The notes: a model not told the origin generated them from the sequence alone. 64,000 nucleotides of DNA from Gammaproteobacteria bacterium (GCA_013041745.1 JABDRN010000080.1:11198-75197); one strand, 5' to 3'. Positions 51,642 through 61,291 are shown, counted from the first letter of the stretch. Made by a program: numbers and translations.

Positions 51642-52100
51642 TCAGGAAGAATGATGATCTCTACTCATAGCCATTGCTCGAGCAGAATTACATGGCTCTG
51701 GCGAAACAGAAGTCGTATCCTTATTTCGCAGATGGTCAGCCATGGCGCTTAACTCGCGCATGAGATCATCACGAGTCTGCGCCGCAACATCCAGTTGCTC
51801 GGCTGCGTACTGAGCGCAGGCAAGCCATTGATCGCGTTCTACTTCACCGATTTCAAAGTGCATATGCCTGCGCCGCAGTCGAGGATGTCCGAATGCCTGC
51901 ATATACAGCGGTGGCCCGCCGAGCATGCCGCTGAGGAACATGAACAATCTGTCACGGGCATGGCAAAGGTCAGCCGGATGCATCTTTCTGATATGACTTA
52001 CTTCGGGTGACTCATCCATAAAATCGTATAGCAATTGCACGTACCTGCGCAGGGCCGGCTCTCCACCCAGGCGTGAATAAATGCTAACTGTCGAAGCCAT
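51642..52100 (-). CDS. Group II truncated haemoglobin (GlbO-like)
   Basis: The start is set at ATG 52100 (MASTVSIYSRLGGEPAL). GHPRLRRRHMHFEI and ERDQWLAC match the GHPRLRMRHAPF / ERDAWL motifs of GlbO. Confidence 0.88.
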   Translation of the reverse strand: MASTVSIYSRLGGEPALRRYVQLLYDFMDESPEVSHIRKMHPADLCHARDRLFMFLSGMLGGPPLYMQAFGHPRLRRRHMHFEIGEVERDQWLACAQYAAEQLDVAAQTRDDLMRELSAMADHLRNKDTTSVSPEPCNSARAMAMSRDHHSS

Positions 52101-52140
52101 GATTACTGTATGAACGATTTGTCTGCTGTAGAAAGACTGC

Positions 52141-52755
52141 CTAGAACTTCTTATACAATGGCACATCCATTGGCTGTTTGATGCTAACAGCGCCTCTCAG
52201 CTCACCCACTTTGTATCCTTTTGCCTGGTCGAAAGGATACAGTTTCACCAGTTCAGACTTCACTGGTGCAGGTATCTGTTCTTCACTGCCATGGCAGGTC
52301 AGACAGATTGGCTTAATCGCCAGCGGCTTCATATAACGCAAATAGAACTTACCGTCTTCATCCACGACGACAGATTTTTTCATCTCTGAATACTTTTCAC
52401 CTTTGGCAGCGGCGGCTTCGAATTCAGCGAGCGTCTTACGCTCCCACATGTCTGTCGCACCAAGCAATGAATTACGCGGCTTCGTCGTTACACGAGTCAC
52501 ACTCCAGCCATTTTCATTAGATAACTGGTTCGCTATCTGTGGCGCGATTTCTTTACAGACAGTGATAGCCTGCACAGGACCATTGGCCTGCATCTCTTTT
52601 TTCAGATGACCGCCAAGTTGCTTGATAAACTGCTCAGATACCTGGTCCGCAGCCTGTTCACGCTCGGTCAATTCATCCGCCAGAACAGCTGATGTAACCA
52701 GCATCAGGCCAACAAATATAATCTGATGTATAAGAAAATTCTTTGAAATAGACAC
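52141..52755 (-). CDS. DUF3365 (Tll0287-like) periplasmic haem-c protein
   Basis: CLTCHG (CXXCH) near the C-terminus, with AITVCKEIAPQIA and GELRGAVSI motifs. I prefer the GTG start at 52755 (signal peptide VSISKNFLIHQIIFVGLMLVTSAVLA, AGGAAG Shine-Dalgarno). The ORF-track ATG at 52815 abuts the FNR-type box. Confidence 0.8.
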   Translation of the reverse strand: MSISKNFLIHQIIFVGLMLVTSAVLADELTEREQAADQVSEQFIKQLGGHLKKEMQANGPVQAITVCKEIAPQIANQLSNENGWSVTRVTTKPRNSLLGATDMWERKTLAEFEAAAAKGEKYSEMKKSVVVDEDGKFYLRYMKPLAIKPICLTCHGSEEQIPAPVKSELVKLYPFDQAKGYKVGELRGAVSIKQPMDVPLYKKF

Positions 52756-52786
52756 GTTATTCTTCCTGTTTAATTTACTTACGGCG

Positions 52787-52828
52787 ATTATATTAGATAT
52801 GCCTAATATATACATTGATAATTATCAT
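52787..52828 (-). promoter_or_regulatory. Class II FNR/CRP-family-dependent promoter: TTGAT-N4-ATCAA-like box plus -10
   Basis: The box is TTGATAATTATCAT (52815-52828), with one mismatch. The minus-strand -10 TATAAT lies at 52792-52787. Box centre to -10 centre is 32 bp, which places the box at -41.5. Confidence 0.6.
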
Positions 52829-52889
52829 ACGTCTAAGCTGCTTTCAGCGGGAGCAGATCTTCGTCAAGGCGAATGATTTTAAATTGACG

Positions 52890-53594
52890 CTAGCTTTCGA
52901 TGAGCTCGGTTAAGCCAGCGATATTCAGCTCCAGGTGATTTGAGCGTATCTCTTTGATCAGGTTCAACTTTTTAAATTCAGAGAGAATCCGGCTGGCGGT
53001 CTCGATAGTGATGCTCAATATCGAACCGATATCTTCGCGGCTAAACAGAAAACACTCGTTAGAATCATCTTCTACCAGGCGAAGCAATAGATTCGCCATG
53101 CGCTTTTTCGCAGGACCTGTCGATAACTTTGTCAGCCACTCATCGGCCGCTGTCAGTTCTTTTTGCCATTGTTTCAGCAGGTCTTTTTGCAGCACTGGAT
53201 TAGTCTTGCTGAAACGATCAACCGTTTCCTTAGGATAGCGGCAGAGCTCAGAGACACGCAGTACGATCGCTTCATGTTCATAAGGTTTATCGACAAGGAC
53301 TTCCAGCCCGAGTACATCTGTAGAGCTCATAAGTCTCACGATTCGCTGTGTCCCATCCGGTAGATACTGGACCAGTTTCAGCAGGCCACTTCGTACAGTA
53401 AACATATAACGGCCTGAATCGCCGGCGTTATAGAGTACTTCACCCGGTTGCAACTCAACCTGCTCGACAGGTTCATGCATCTGTTCGAAATCATCTCTGG
53501 TCAGACCGCCAAAAAGTGCGGTACTGCGCAATGAGCAGTTGAGACAATCAGCTGTGCCTTCCCATGCCTGTGTTAAAGTCACTCTCTTAGTCAC
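52890..53594 (-). CDS. Crp/Fnr-family transcriptional regulator, FNR-like
   Basis: 234 aa with a cNMP-binding-like beta roll. The C-terminal HTH SILSITIETASRILSEF carries the E--SR motif of FNR-type recognition helices. The N-terminus has DCLNCSLRS (two Cys), and one Cys in ELCRYP aligns with FNR C122. Confidence 0.88.
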   Translation of the reverse strand: MTKRVTLTQAWEGTADCLNCSLRSTALFGGLTRDDFEQMHEPVEQVELQPGEVLYNAGDSGRYMFTVRSGLLKLVQYLPDGTQRIVRLMSSTDVLGLEVLVDKPYEHEAIVLRVSELCRYPKETVDRFSKTNPVLQKDLLKQWQKELTAADEWLTKLSTGPAKKRMANLLLRLVEDDSNECFLFSREDIGSILSITIETASRILSEFKKLNLIKEIRSNHLELNIAGLTELIES

Positions 53595-53660
53595 CCTGGT
53601 TCCCTGATATGAAGTTGGTTTGTATTCTAACCTTTTTAGACCAGATTTTGGATATACAAT

Positions 53661-53674
53661 TTGATATATCTCAA
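53661..53674 (-). promoter_or_regulatory. FNR-type box upstream of the Crp/Fnr gene
   Basis: TTGATATATCTCAA, with one mismatch to TTGAT-N4-ATCAA, centred 73 nt upstream of the regulator's ATG. At the class II position there is only a weak -10 (TAAAAA). Confidence 0.4.
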
Positions 53675-53678
53675 TTTA

Positions 53679-53858
53679 TCAGTCATCGAGCTCACGATGG
53701 TACTTTTTTAATAGTTCACGGGCATCGTCACCATATCGCCTGACCCACTGCTGCAACACTTCTGCTTTGATATTCATACCTAGCTCGAGCTGTTTCTCAA
53801 GTCGGGCCAGCCCTTCATTCGAGATCCTTTTTTCACGTGATACACCGGGATCCGACAT
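53679..53858 (-). CDS. Small hypothetical protein
   Basis: 59 aa from ATG 53858 (MSDPGVSREKRISNEGLARLEKQLELGMN..). This ATG shares one base with the upstream gene's stop (TGATG), which suggests translational coupling. Confidence 0.5.
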   Translation of the reverse strand: MSDPGVSREKRISNEGLARLEKQLELGMNIKAEVLQQWVRRYGDDARELLKKYHRELDD

Positions 53859-54454
53859 CACCAGAACCACCAGCCGGAATTTAATTCATCCTCACAGGTC
53901 TTCAACTGTGCACCATATCTCCTTGCATTCTTATCCACCTTGGCAGCGACTTTTATCAACCAGGGCTTAGCGTTGTATGTTTTCCGCTTATACCCACCGT
54001 GACCTTCATGGTAAGCGAGATACTGGTTTTTAGCGTCCCACTTGGAGACCTTCAAAGTATCGTATGTCTTCTTGCCGTACCAGCCGATGAAATCGACCGC
54101 ATCATCAAAATCATCACGATCCGCCCCCCAGTTACGCGTCGACTTTATGTACCAGTCCCAGGTCTCATCTTTTACCTGCGCATATCCATAAGCCGAAGAC
54201 TTACGCCCGATCGGGATGATCCATAAAAAATATTGCATCTCTGTTTCAGCATCATGTTTGAAGCGTGATTCCTGGTGGATGATCGCTAGTTGTACCTGTA
54301 TCGGCACCCCCCAGCGCTCGAAGCTGTCTTTGGCATCATCGTACCAGTCATCTTTTTCCCTGAAGATCTCACAGCTGTCATTGATATTTTTCGGCGGCGT
54401 ACTGGAACAGCCCGCCAGCAGGGCAACGGTAATGATCAGGAAAGATTTCAGCAT
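53858..54454 (-). CDS. Lipoprotein with a lytic-transglycosylase-like (SLT) domain
   Basis: 198 aa. Lipobox LLAGCSS. LAIIHQESRFKHDAE (catalytic ES) and AYGYAQV motifs. Confidence 0.75.
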   Translation of the reverse strand: MLKSFLIITVALLAGCSSTPPKNINDSCEIFREKDDWYDDAKDSFERWGVPIQVQLAIIHQESRFKHDAETEMQYFLWIIPIGRKSSAYGYAQVKDETWDWYIKSTRNWGADRDDFDDAVDFIGWYGKKTYDTLKVSKWDAKNQYLAYHEGHGGYKRKTYNAKPWLIKVAAKVDKNARRYGAQLKTCEDELNSGWWFW

Positions 54455-54509
54455 AATATCTGGATTTTCAAATAATATGATACAACTGGCAAGTTATAAT
54501 CAGAAACAC

Positions 54510-55562
54510 TCAATCTATGTTTTTAGAACTCATCGTAATGTTTCTAGGCCAGCACGCATCCAGCGCCTTCAGTGCCATGACCACATAGATTGTCGCGATC
54601 GAAATAAGCAGGACACGTAAAACAAACTTTTCTGAAAAATCAGCACCTTCTGCCAGGCTGCTGTTAACCAGGATGATCATCGCCACCATGGCTGACGGCA
54701 TATATTTCGCAATCGGCGCAGCAGAGTAGATGGCGACACCAAATCCAAGACTGACACAAAACATCAATAATACAAGAAAATGATATTCCGGGACAGCGAC
54801 CAGTAGCCAATAAATAAAAAAGGCGATCACACCGCCGATCAGGGTCGACTTGATCGAGTTAACGCCAGCCTCCCTGCCTTTTGCCAGGTCCGGCGAGAGG
54901 GTAAAAATTGCAGCAAATAACATCACCAGGATCTGACTGGCCCAGTTATTGGCGATAAAGACTATCGCGATCGGCAGCGCCACGATTGTGCTCTTCAAGG
55001 CGAGCTCGGCAGCTGGTGCCGAATAACCCGGCTGGAACACGGGACCTGCAGGCAATGTGGCAGAACCAGGCGGATCAGGAACGACGTAATGAGATAACCA
55101 CAGCATGGCTAATGTAAGCCAGCTCGAGATTACCAGACCGAAGGCCACGCCGATGGCAAGTCCTTCATCGACGCCTGCCAGCATCGGCATAAGCAATAGA
55201 CACACCAGTAACATCAGTACCAGCCAGAACGAACCACCGCGATTCAGATGGTAATAAGTAAAGAATAACGCCAGTGCCAGCAGTGGTACGAAGATGAGCG
55301 GGTACGGCAGGATGAACAGGGTAAAGATATAACCGACAGAAAATGCAAACAGGGTATCTCGCATGTTGCGAAGGCCTTGTGAAAGTGTCGGTTTCGGCAA
55401 TGGTAAAGCAAGGAAAACAGCTGATAAAATCGGCAATAGAAAAGACAAAGGCCATGCGATAGCAAACGCCAGTGCTATAGCGATGGTCAAGCCAACAGCA
55501 TAGCGCAATATCTTTATCTGTTTCGGATCTTTTAACAAAGCCCACCCCATACTCATCACCAT
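54510..55562 (-). CDS. DUF2955 / FUSC-like inner-membrane protein
   Basis: 350 aa polytopic protein. The N-terminus ..ILRYAVGLTIAIALAFAIAWPLSFLLPIL is typical of DUF2955. Lies downstream of an HlyD-family gene. Confidence 0.72.
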   Translation of the reverse strand: MVMSMGWALLKDPKQIKILRYAVGLTIAIALAFAIAWPLSFLLPILSAVFLALPLPKPTLSQGLRNMRDTLFAFSVGYIFTLFILPYPLIFVPLLALALFFTYYHLNRGGSFWLVLMLLVCLLLMPMLAGVDEGLAIGVAFGLVISSWLTLAMLWLSHYVVPDPPGSATLPAGPVFQPGYSAPAAELALKSTIVALPIAIVFIANNWASQILVMLFAAIFTLSPDLAKGREAGVNSIKSTLIGGVIAFFIYWLLVAVPEYHFLVLLMFCVSLGFGVAIYSAAPIAKYMPSAMVAMIILVNSSLAEGADFSEKFVLRVLLISIATIYVVMALKALDACWPRNITMSSKNID

Positions 55563-55646
55563 CCTGTAGCAAGAAGTAATCTCATATTAGTTAACAGCAT
55601 AAATGCTTAAGTAGATTACTTGGTCTCTGCTGGTGACAGTATCTGG

Positions 55647-56756
55647 TTAATATATATACGAGAACCAGCTCAATATGCGTATCCAGAGCCAGCCTAACGA
55701 GTTGATCAGCCAGTTATCCGTTGAATAAAACTGCACATCTGCCTGGCCACCCAGGCGAAGATTTCCTTTTGCACTGTCATCATCGAATGAGATATAAACC
55801 GGGAAACGCTGTGCATCACGCAACCAGCCCGCGCTACTCTCGATGCTCTCAAGATCACCTATAGCACCGCCTTTCTCATGACTCACGGCAAAACCGATAC
55901 TATTGACCTTACCCTGGAAGACTCTACCCGGTGCCGAGTCGAGTATGATATCAACCGGCGTTCCAACTTTCACATTGGCGATACTGTTCTCTCGCAGGTT
56001 AGCTTTCACCCAGACATTTTCCACTTCGATAAATGTCATCAAGGGCGCACCGACACTGGCATAATGCCCTTCATCGATCTTCAGGTTGGTGATACCGCCA
56101 TGTGATGGCGCGATGATCGTCGTTCTGGATAGATCAATCTGGGCTTTTTTGAGTTTTGCGATGGCAGAACGGATCTTTGGATTCTCTTTACCTTTTACAC
56201 CTAGAGCCTGCTTCGCTTTTTCCAGTTCTGATCTGGCACTTTCCAGCTGCGCCTCAGCTTTCACCACAGCAGCCCTGGCTTTATCTCCACGGGCTCTCGA
56301 GTAGATCTGCTTTTGTTCCAGTTCGATGACCCGATTTGCCTGTGCTTTTAGATGATCCAGGTTAGCTATCGCTTCGACTACTTTTGCCTGCGCAGTACTG
56401 ACGTTCGCCGTCCCGGCACCAATATCCTGACCAGCAAGCTCCAGGTTAGTCTCTGCATTATCGACGGCCAGTTCATAGTCAGATGGGTCGATCCTTAACA
56501 GCACATCACCCTGCTGAACCTCCTGATCCTTGCCGACATTAATCTCGACAACACGACCTGCCACCTGGGAGACGATGGGCACCACGTACGCCTGCACCCT
56601 TGCCTGGTCTGTCCATGGTGCGATGCGATCAGCGATCACATACCAGACAAACATGACAGCTATAATGATCAGTGCAATTGCTGTGATCTTTTTGACAGGG
56701 TCGCTGCTCTTTTCCATGGCAGTCTCTTTATTTTCTTCAGGCATAATTTTTATCAA
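55647..56756 (-). CDS. HlyD/EmrA-family membrane fusion protein
   Basis: 369 aa. One TM helix, a lipoyl-like segment (VSQVAGRVVEINVGKDQEVQQGDVLLRID), a long coiled coil and a beta-barrel domain. Confidence 0.88.
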   Translation of the reverse strand: MIKIMPEENKETAMEKSSDPVKKITAIALIIIAVMFVWYVIADRIAPWTDQARVQAYVVPIVSQVAGRVVEINVGKDQEVQQGDVLLRIDPSDYELAVDNAETNLELAGQDIGAGTANVSTAQAKVVEAIANLDHLKAQANRVIELEQKQIYSRARGDKARAAVVKAEAQLESARSELEKAKQALGVKGKENPKIRSAIAKLKKAQIDLSRTTIIAPSHGGITNLKIDEGHYASVGAPLMTFIEVENVWVKANLRENSIANVKVGTPVDIILDSAPGRVFQGKVNSIGFAVSHEKGGAIGDLESIESSAGWLRDAQRFPVYISFDDDSAKGNLRLGGQADVQFYSTDNWLINSLGWLWIRILSWFSYIY

Positions 56757-56765
56757 TAAGTATCG

Positions 56766-57830
56766 TCACTGACTGGCAGCTTCAGTTTTAGTGAGCCACA
56801 CCATGAACAGCTCATAGCCAAGCGCAAGGATAATCGCACCGACAAACAGACCGATAATTCCTGACATCATCATACCGCCTATCGCGCCCAGCAATATCAC
56901 CAGCATCGGTGTCTCCATACCTCGCCCCAGAAACAGCGGCTTTAGGAAACCGTCACTTGCACTAATAATCAAACAGTAGATGAGGAAGATAACAGCGGGT
57001 GTTGCCTCAGCCACCGAAAAAACATAGGCGCTGACAAAACCCAGGACGATTATCGGTGGCAGTTGGGCGATTGCAAGCACCAGGATGAATAATGTCCACA
57101 GTCCCCAGGCCGGAACATCCATCACCATCATGCCAACAGCTGAAAGCACAGCCTGGATAATGGCAACACCGAGTACACCCTGTGCGACACTACGTATAGT
57201 CGCCTTGCTCAAATCAGCATAGGCCTTACCGCTTGCCTCGCTTGTCAATCTTGTAAACAGCTTGACGGTCATCTCATGTGCACCACTGGCGTTGGCCACC
57301 AGGATCCCGGAGATAATGATCGATAAAACAAATTGCAATATGGTGCCAGCTGCACCTGCAGCGCCGGCGATGATTGCCTTAGCTGCCTTCCTGCTTTCTG
57401 CTTCATATTTTTTTAGAGTATCTTCAATGCTTACAGATGCCTGCAGCCAGACAGGATACACCTTTTCACCGACCACAGGCCATTCTTTAACCGATTCGTT
57501 TGGTGGCGGTATTTCCAGGGTACCCGCTTCATATTGCTCAGTGATTTTCCCGGAGGTCTCGATAAGCGAATCTGAGATCATCACCGTAGGCGTGATCAGC
57601 AAAGCCAGCGCAATAATAGTATAAATAATTGCGGCCAGCTTGTTCCTCTCGCCCAAACTGGATCTAAGCTTTATAAATAATGGATAGATAGCTACGGAGA
57701 TAACCACACCCCACACCACCGGCACTATGAAAGGTGTGATAATCTTGAAACACCAGGTGGCAAGTAAAAGTAACAGGCCAATTCTGACAACTGCTTCGAT
57801 GGTATTGTTTGTAAAATCAGAATTATTCAT
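56766..57830 (-). CDS. AI-2E family transporter (PerM/YdiK-like)
   Basis: 354 aa, about 8 TM helices, with a family-typical N-terminus and C-terminal GAIGGMMMSGIIGLFVGAI. Confidence 0.82.
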   Translation of the reverse strand: MNNSDFTNNTIEAVVRIGLLLLLATWCFKIITPFIVPVVWGVVISVAIYPLFIKLRSSLGERNKLAAIIYTIIALALLITPTVMISDSLIETSGKITEQYEAGTLEIPPPNESVKEWPVVGEKVYPVWLQASVSIEDTLKKYEAESRKAAKAIIAGAAGAAGTILQFVLSIIISGILVANASGAHEMTVKLFTRLTSEASGKAYADLSKATIRSVAQGVLGVAIIQAVLSAVGMMVMDVPAWGLWTLFILVLAIAQLPPIIVLGFVSAYVFSVAEATPAVIFLIYCLIISASDGFLKPLFLGRGMETPMLVILLGAIGGMMMSGIIGLFVGAIILALGYELFMVWLTKTEAASQ

Positions 57831-58004
57831 AGCTACCCTCTGTCATGTTTCTTAATTACTGAATTTTCTAACAGGTATGATAAACCTTCTAATGTTCACC
57901 GGTAAAACATGGACGAGATATACCCATAACTGATTCAGCATGATTGTACATTCTATTTAGTATGGCACCCAATGATAGACGCATTGCAGTAAGACAGCAG
58001 CAGG

Positions 58005-59195
58005 TTAGTAGGTATAACTAATACCAAATGTTACACGGTAATCATCCGGTTCAGGTGATGTACCATCTGCTGCCTGTGTCGGATGAGCTGTCCTGTCCCA
58101 GATAAATGACGTGTCAAAATCGAGCGCACCAGTAATCTCACTTTCTATGGTCAAAATGACATGGTGTGTATAACCACCGGAAGCCCGGTTACCCATCTGA
58201 ATATTATATCTGGCGATAAAATCTATGGCTTTAGTAAGCTCATAATCATATGCAGTTCTTAGTACGGCGGCAGGCGTCGATTCAGTGGTACTTTCACCTG
58301 CAGCTACCGTAATGAATTCCGTTTTAGAAAATGCTGGTCCGCCGCCGAATGAAAGCTCGCTCCTACCATTATCGATCACGGTATAACCTAAACCTGTACC
58401 GATAGTCGATCTCAATGCAATATTGGTAAACGGATCTCGATATAACTCCATGAAAACCGGGGTATAGAAAAAGTAGCGAGTTTTGTAATAGTCAAAACTG
58501 GCGGTCAGACGATGATTGTTAATAGTCTCAACCAGGCTGCCATCACCACCGTTAGTTTTAGAAATATTACCGATATAGTCCATCGTGAACCGTGTCGTTG
58601 AGGCACGTCTTTTTATATTAACTTTTGCCGTGTAATCGATCTGATCGGTATTACCCTGTCTAAGATCGATACTCAGAGCCGCCTTGATTGCCCACAGGTC
58701 ACGCTCCTCTTTACCACCGGGCGCAAATGATATTAAATCCGAACGATCATATGTCTGGTTTTCATAATCATTGATTACCTCAACGCTACTGTCGGTGACC
58801 TCCAGGACACCTGAAGTCGCACCGACACCTTCGATATTGATATTATTAACTCGATAACTGCGCAGGATCCTTACATCGTCCCAGTCAATATTGAGCAAAT
58901 CCAGCTTGTCACTGTCAAATTCCAGACTGTCTTTATACATTCCTTTGATCTCACCTTTAAGCCACTCATTAGAAGTGAGCTGCACCCAGTCAAATTTAAC
59001 TGCAGAGGGTATCCATGTCTTGCTCGTGTCACTGCCGCTCCGATCAGTAACTTCCTTTACCTGCTCGATGATCGCCTGTGACTCCTCTGCATCTTTGACC
59101 TCAGCCTCGGTCTTCGCCTGATCAGCAGCCTGTTCAGCTAAAACCACGAAAGAAAGCAGCCACAATGGGACTATTATCGATATCCTGGGGATCAT
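58005..59195 (-). CDS. DUF481-family outer-membrane beta-barrel protein (YdiY-like)
   Basis: 396 aa with a signal peptide and an N-terminal soluble domain. The C-terminal barrel has ..DFDTSFIWDR.. and ends in ..RVTFGISYTY. Confidence 0.75.
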   Translation of the reverse strand: MIPRISIIVPLWLLSFVVLAEQAADQAKTEAEVKDAEESQAIIEQVKEVTDRSGSDTSKTWIPSAVKFDWVQLTSNEWLKGEIKGMYKDSLEFDSDKLDLLNIDWDDVRILRSYRVNNINIEGVGATSGVLEVTDSSVEVINDYENQTYDRSDLISFAPGGKEERDLWAIKAALSIDLRQGNTDQIDYTAKVNIKRRASTTRFTMDYIGNISKTNGGDGSLVETINNHRLTASFDYYKTRYFFYTPVFMELYRDPFTNIALRSTIGTGLGYTVIDNGRSELSFGGGPAFSKTEFITVAAGESTTESTPAAVLRTAYDYELTKAIDFIARYNIQMGNRASGGYTHHVILTIESEITGALDFDTSFIWDRTAHPTQAADGTSPEPDDYRVTFGISYTY

Positions 59196-59375
59196 TTGGT
59201 TATCAACCCTAAATATTTGAAAAATTGAGAGATGCAGAAACCTGATATACGCTCCAGTTGTTGAGCTTCATCATTGCGCATGAGTATATAACAACCATCA
59301 ATCAGAAATAAACATACAGATTGCACTATGAATACGAGGCATCATCTATCCTACTGGTTTATAAATACTGCTGGT

Positions 59376-60494
59376 TTATAAATACCGCAGCCATATCGAA
59401 TGAGGGTGTTTCGCTTTAAAGCCACGATACCAGAGACAGAATGGATAGAGTAATACCAGCATGACAACACTAATGATGAAGGTTGTTTTCAAATCAGAAA
59501 AATGTCTTAAGCCGGCATAGGTCGCACTGCCTTCCAGCACAAGGCGGTGCACCAGGTAAAAGATCATCGCCGTTTGGCCAAACACCAGCAGCACACCATT
59601 TGGACGATCTCCGATTAGCCGCTCTAGCCAGATCATCATAGCCATGATGACCGACATCACCCCTAATTCGAGAAAGATGAACGCTGCCGATGGAGGATAT
59701 TTACTGACATGCAACCAGTGCTGCCAGCTGTTATCTTCGCGGTATAAAAACATATTGCCATAACCATTGTTATAACGGATCGCTAAAAATGCAATGAGTG
59801 AGAAAGTGCCAAGCGTTAACAGCAGACTCACAGGCCCTACCCTGGTATTACCATCCTTGAATGACAACAGATAACGCCCGAACACCCATCCCAGTATCAT
59901 GATAGAGAGCCATGGTAATAGCGGATATTTGATTACCATGCTTGATGTCGCATAAGTCGAGACCAGAAGTGCCGCGAAGACAGACTCGATACTCTCCTGT
60001 GGCGGCCAAACCATTCCGGTAAGCAGTTCACCCAGACATATCCATGCCAGTGCAGATACGATCAGGACGGTATTTGAAAACCTGCGAAATAATGCCATAC
60101 ACATCATAGCGACGCCGATCGCATATAAAACCTGGATGGTCATCCTCCCCGAAAACAAAGAGATTATCGTTGGGTCGAGCAACGCGATAAAAGCACCTCG
60201 CATCAGGATATCTTTATCGATCTGCCAGCTATCAATACCTCTCGATACTTTTCGCTCGATACTTATAGCTAGAGCTGTGCCTGCAAGAAAAACAAAAACA
60301 GGTGCACACAGGTGGCTTATCCAGCGGACAAAGAATTCAAGATCAGGCAGTGGCGAACCGGAGACATACAGGGCGGCCGAGTCAGAAGAATCATGCCGGG
60401 CGTTATAAGCCATCGACACATGGTCAACGACCATCAATATCATGACAAAGCCGCGCATCCAGTCGATTGCCGCTATACGTTTTGATCTGGTCAT
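59376..60494 (-). CDS. DUF1624 / heparan-alpha-glucosaminide N-acetyltransferase-like membrane protein
   Basis: 372 aa polytopic protein with N-terminal RIAAIDWMRGFVMILMVVDHV. Confidence 0.75.
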   Translation of the reverse strand: MTRSKRIAAIDWMRGFVMILMVVDHVSMAYNARHDSSDSAALYVSGSPLPDLEFFVRWISHLCAPVFVFLAGTALAISIERKVSRGIDSWQIDKDILMRGAFIALLDPTIISLFSGRMTIQVLYAIGVAMMCMALFRRFSNTVLIVSALAWICLGELLTGMVWPPQESIESVFAALLVSTYATSSMVIKYPLLPWLSIMILGWVFGRYLLSFKDGNTRVGPVSLLLTLGTFSLIAFLAIRYNNGYGNMFLYREDNSWQHWLHVSKYPPSAAFIFLELGVMSVIMAMMIWLERLIGDRPNGVLLVFGQTAMIFYLVHRLVLEGSATYAGLRHFSDLKTTFIISVVMLVLLYPFCLWYRGFKAKHPHSIWLRYL

Positions 60495-60610
60495 AACACC
60501 CCTAGTTAAGGCATTGATAGTAACGAGGTCCTGAATATCAGCCCTATATCAATCAGCCCGACCTTATCTATCATGATGCCGACAAGGTCGAGCCAGATAC
60601 AAACTCACAC

Positions 60611-61291
60611 TCAATCAGATTGTTTTTTCTGCGACTCATTGATACTGACACCGATCAAGCTGGCGACCAGGATCGCCATATAGAAGACACCAACGACTGC
60701 TTCCATATACACCAGGAAACGAGCGATAGGTGCGACTGGACTGATGTCACCATAACCCAGGGTCGTCAATGTGACATAACTATAATAAGCAACGTCTGCA
60801 AAATTATCATACCAGACGACCTGTTCCAGCCCGTTAAAGGCACCAGGGATGGCCTGTGCGATAAACAGATACATCATCGTCCAGATCATGCCCATCAGCA
60901 GATAGATACAGATGGCGCCGACGATCTTGTTTCCATCCACGGGACCAGCAAACAAAACCTGTTTTGCAGCCACCCAGGTCGCCCACAGATAAAAAATAAA
61001 TAAAAGTAAAAGATGGATGTAATACAGCTCTAATACATCAAGAACTATACCAGTAACAACAGCCACAATCGCTAAAACAAAAATTCCTGTACGTGAAAAG
61101 AACCAGGATCCTCCAGATTTAAAACCGAAGAGGCCAATAATGATATTTATAACAGAAAACGCCTGAACGAGGTGATAACCAAGTGGTCCGGGGAACTGGT
61201 CCACCAGTGCACCGACAAATAACAGCAGGATGATGCCTACTGTCAGATACATGAAATTATTTTTTTCTGATACGAGTCCCATATCCTGCAT
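60611..61291 (-). CDS. Potassium channel family protein
   Basis: 226 aa multi-TM protein. Selectivity filter TLTTLGYGDISP between the last two helices. Confidence 0.85.
   Translation of the reverse strand: MQDMGLVSEKNNFMYLTVGIILLLFVGALVDQFPGPLGYHLVQAFSVINIIIGLFGFKSGGSWFFSRTGIFVLAIVAVVTGIVLDVLELYYIHLLLLFIFYLWATWVAAKQVLFAGPVDGNKIVGAICIYLLMGMIWTMMYLFIAQAIPGAFNGLEQVVWYDNFADVAYYSYVTLTTLGYGDISPVAPIARFLVYMEAVVGVFYMAILVASLIGVSINESQKKQSD

Noticed and set aside
52756-52815. N-terminal extension of the DUF3365 ORF, from the ATG at 52815.
   Set aside because: That ATG abuts the FNR-type box and lies upstream of the predicted -10 and transcription start. The GTG at 52755 has an AGGAAG Shine-Dalgarno and yields a normal signal peptide.
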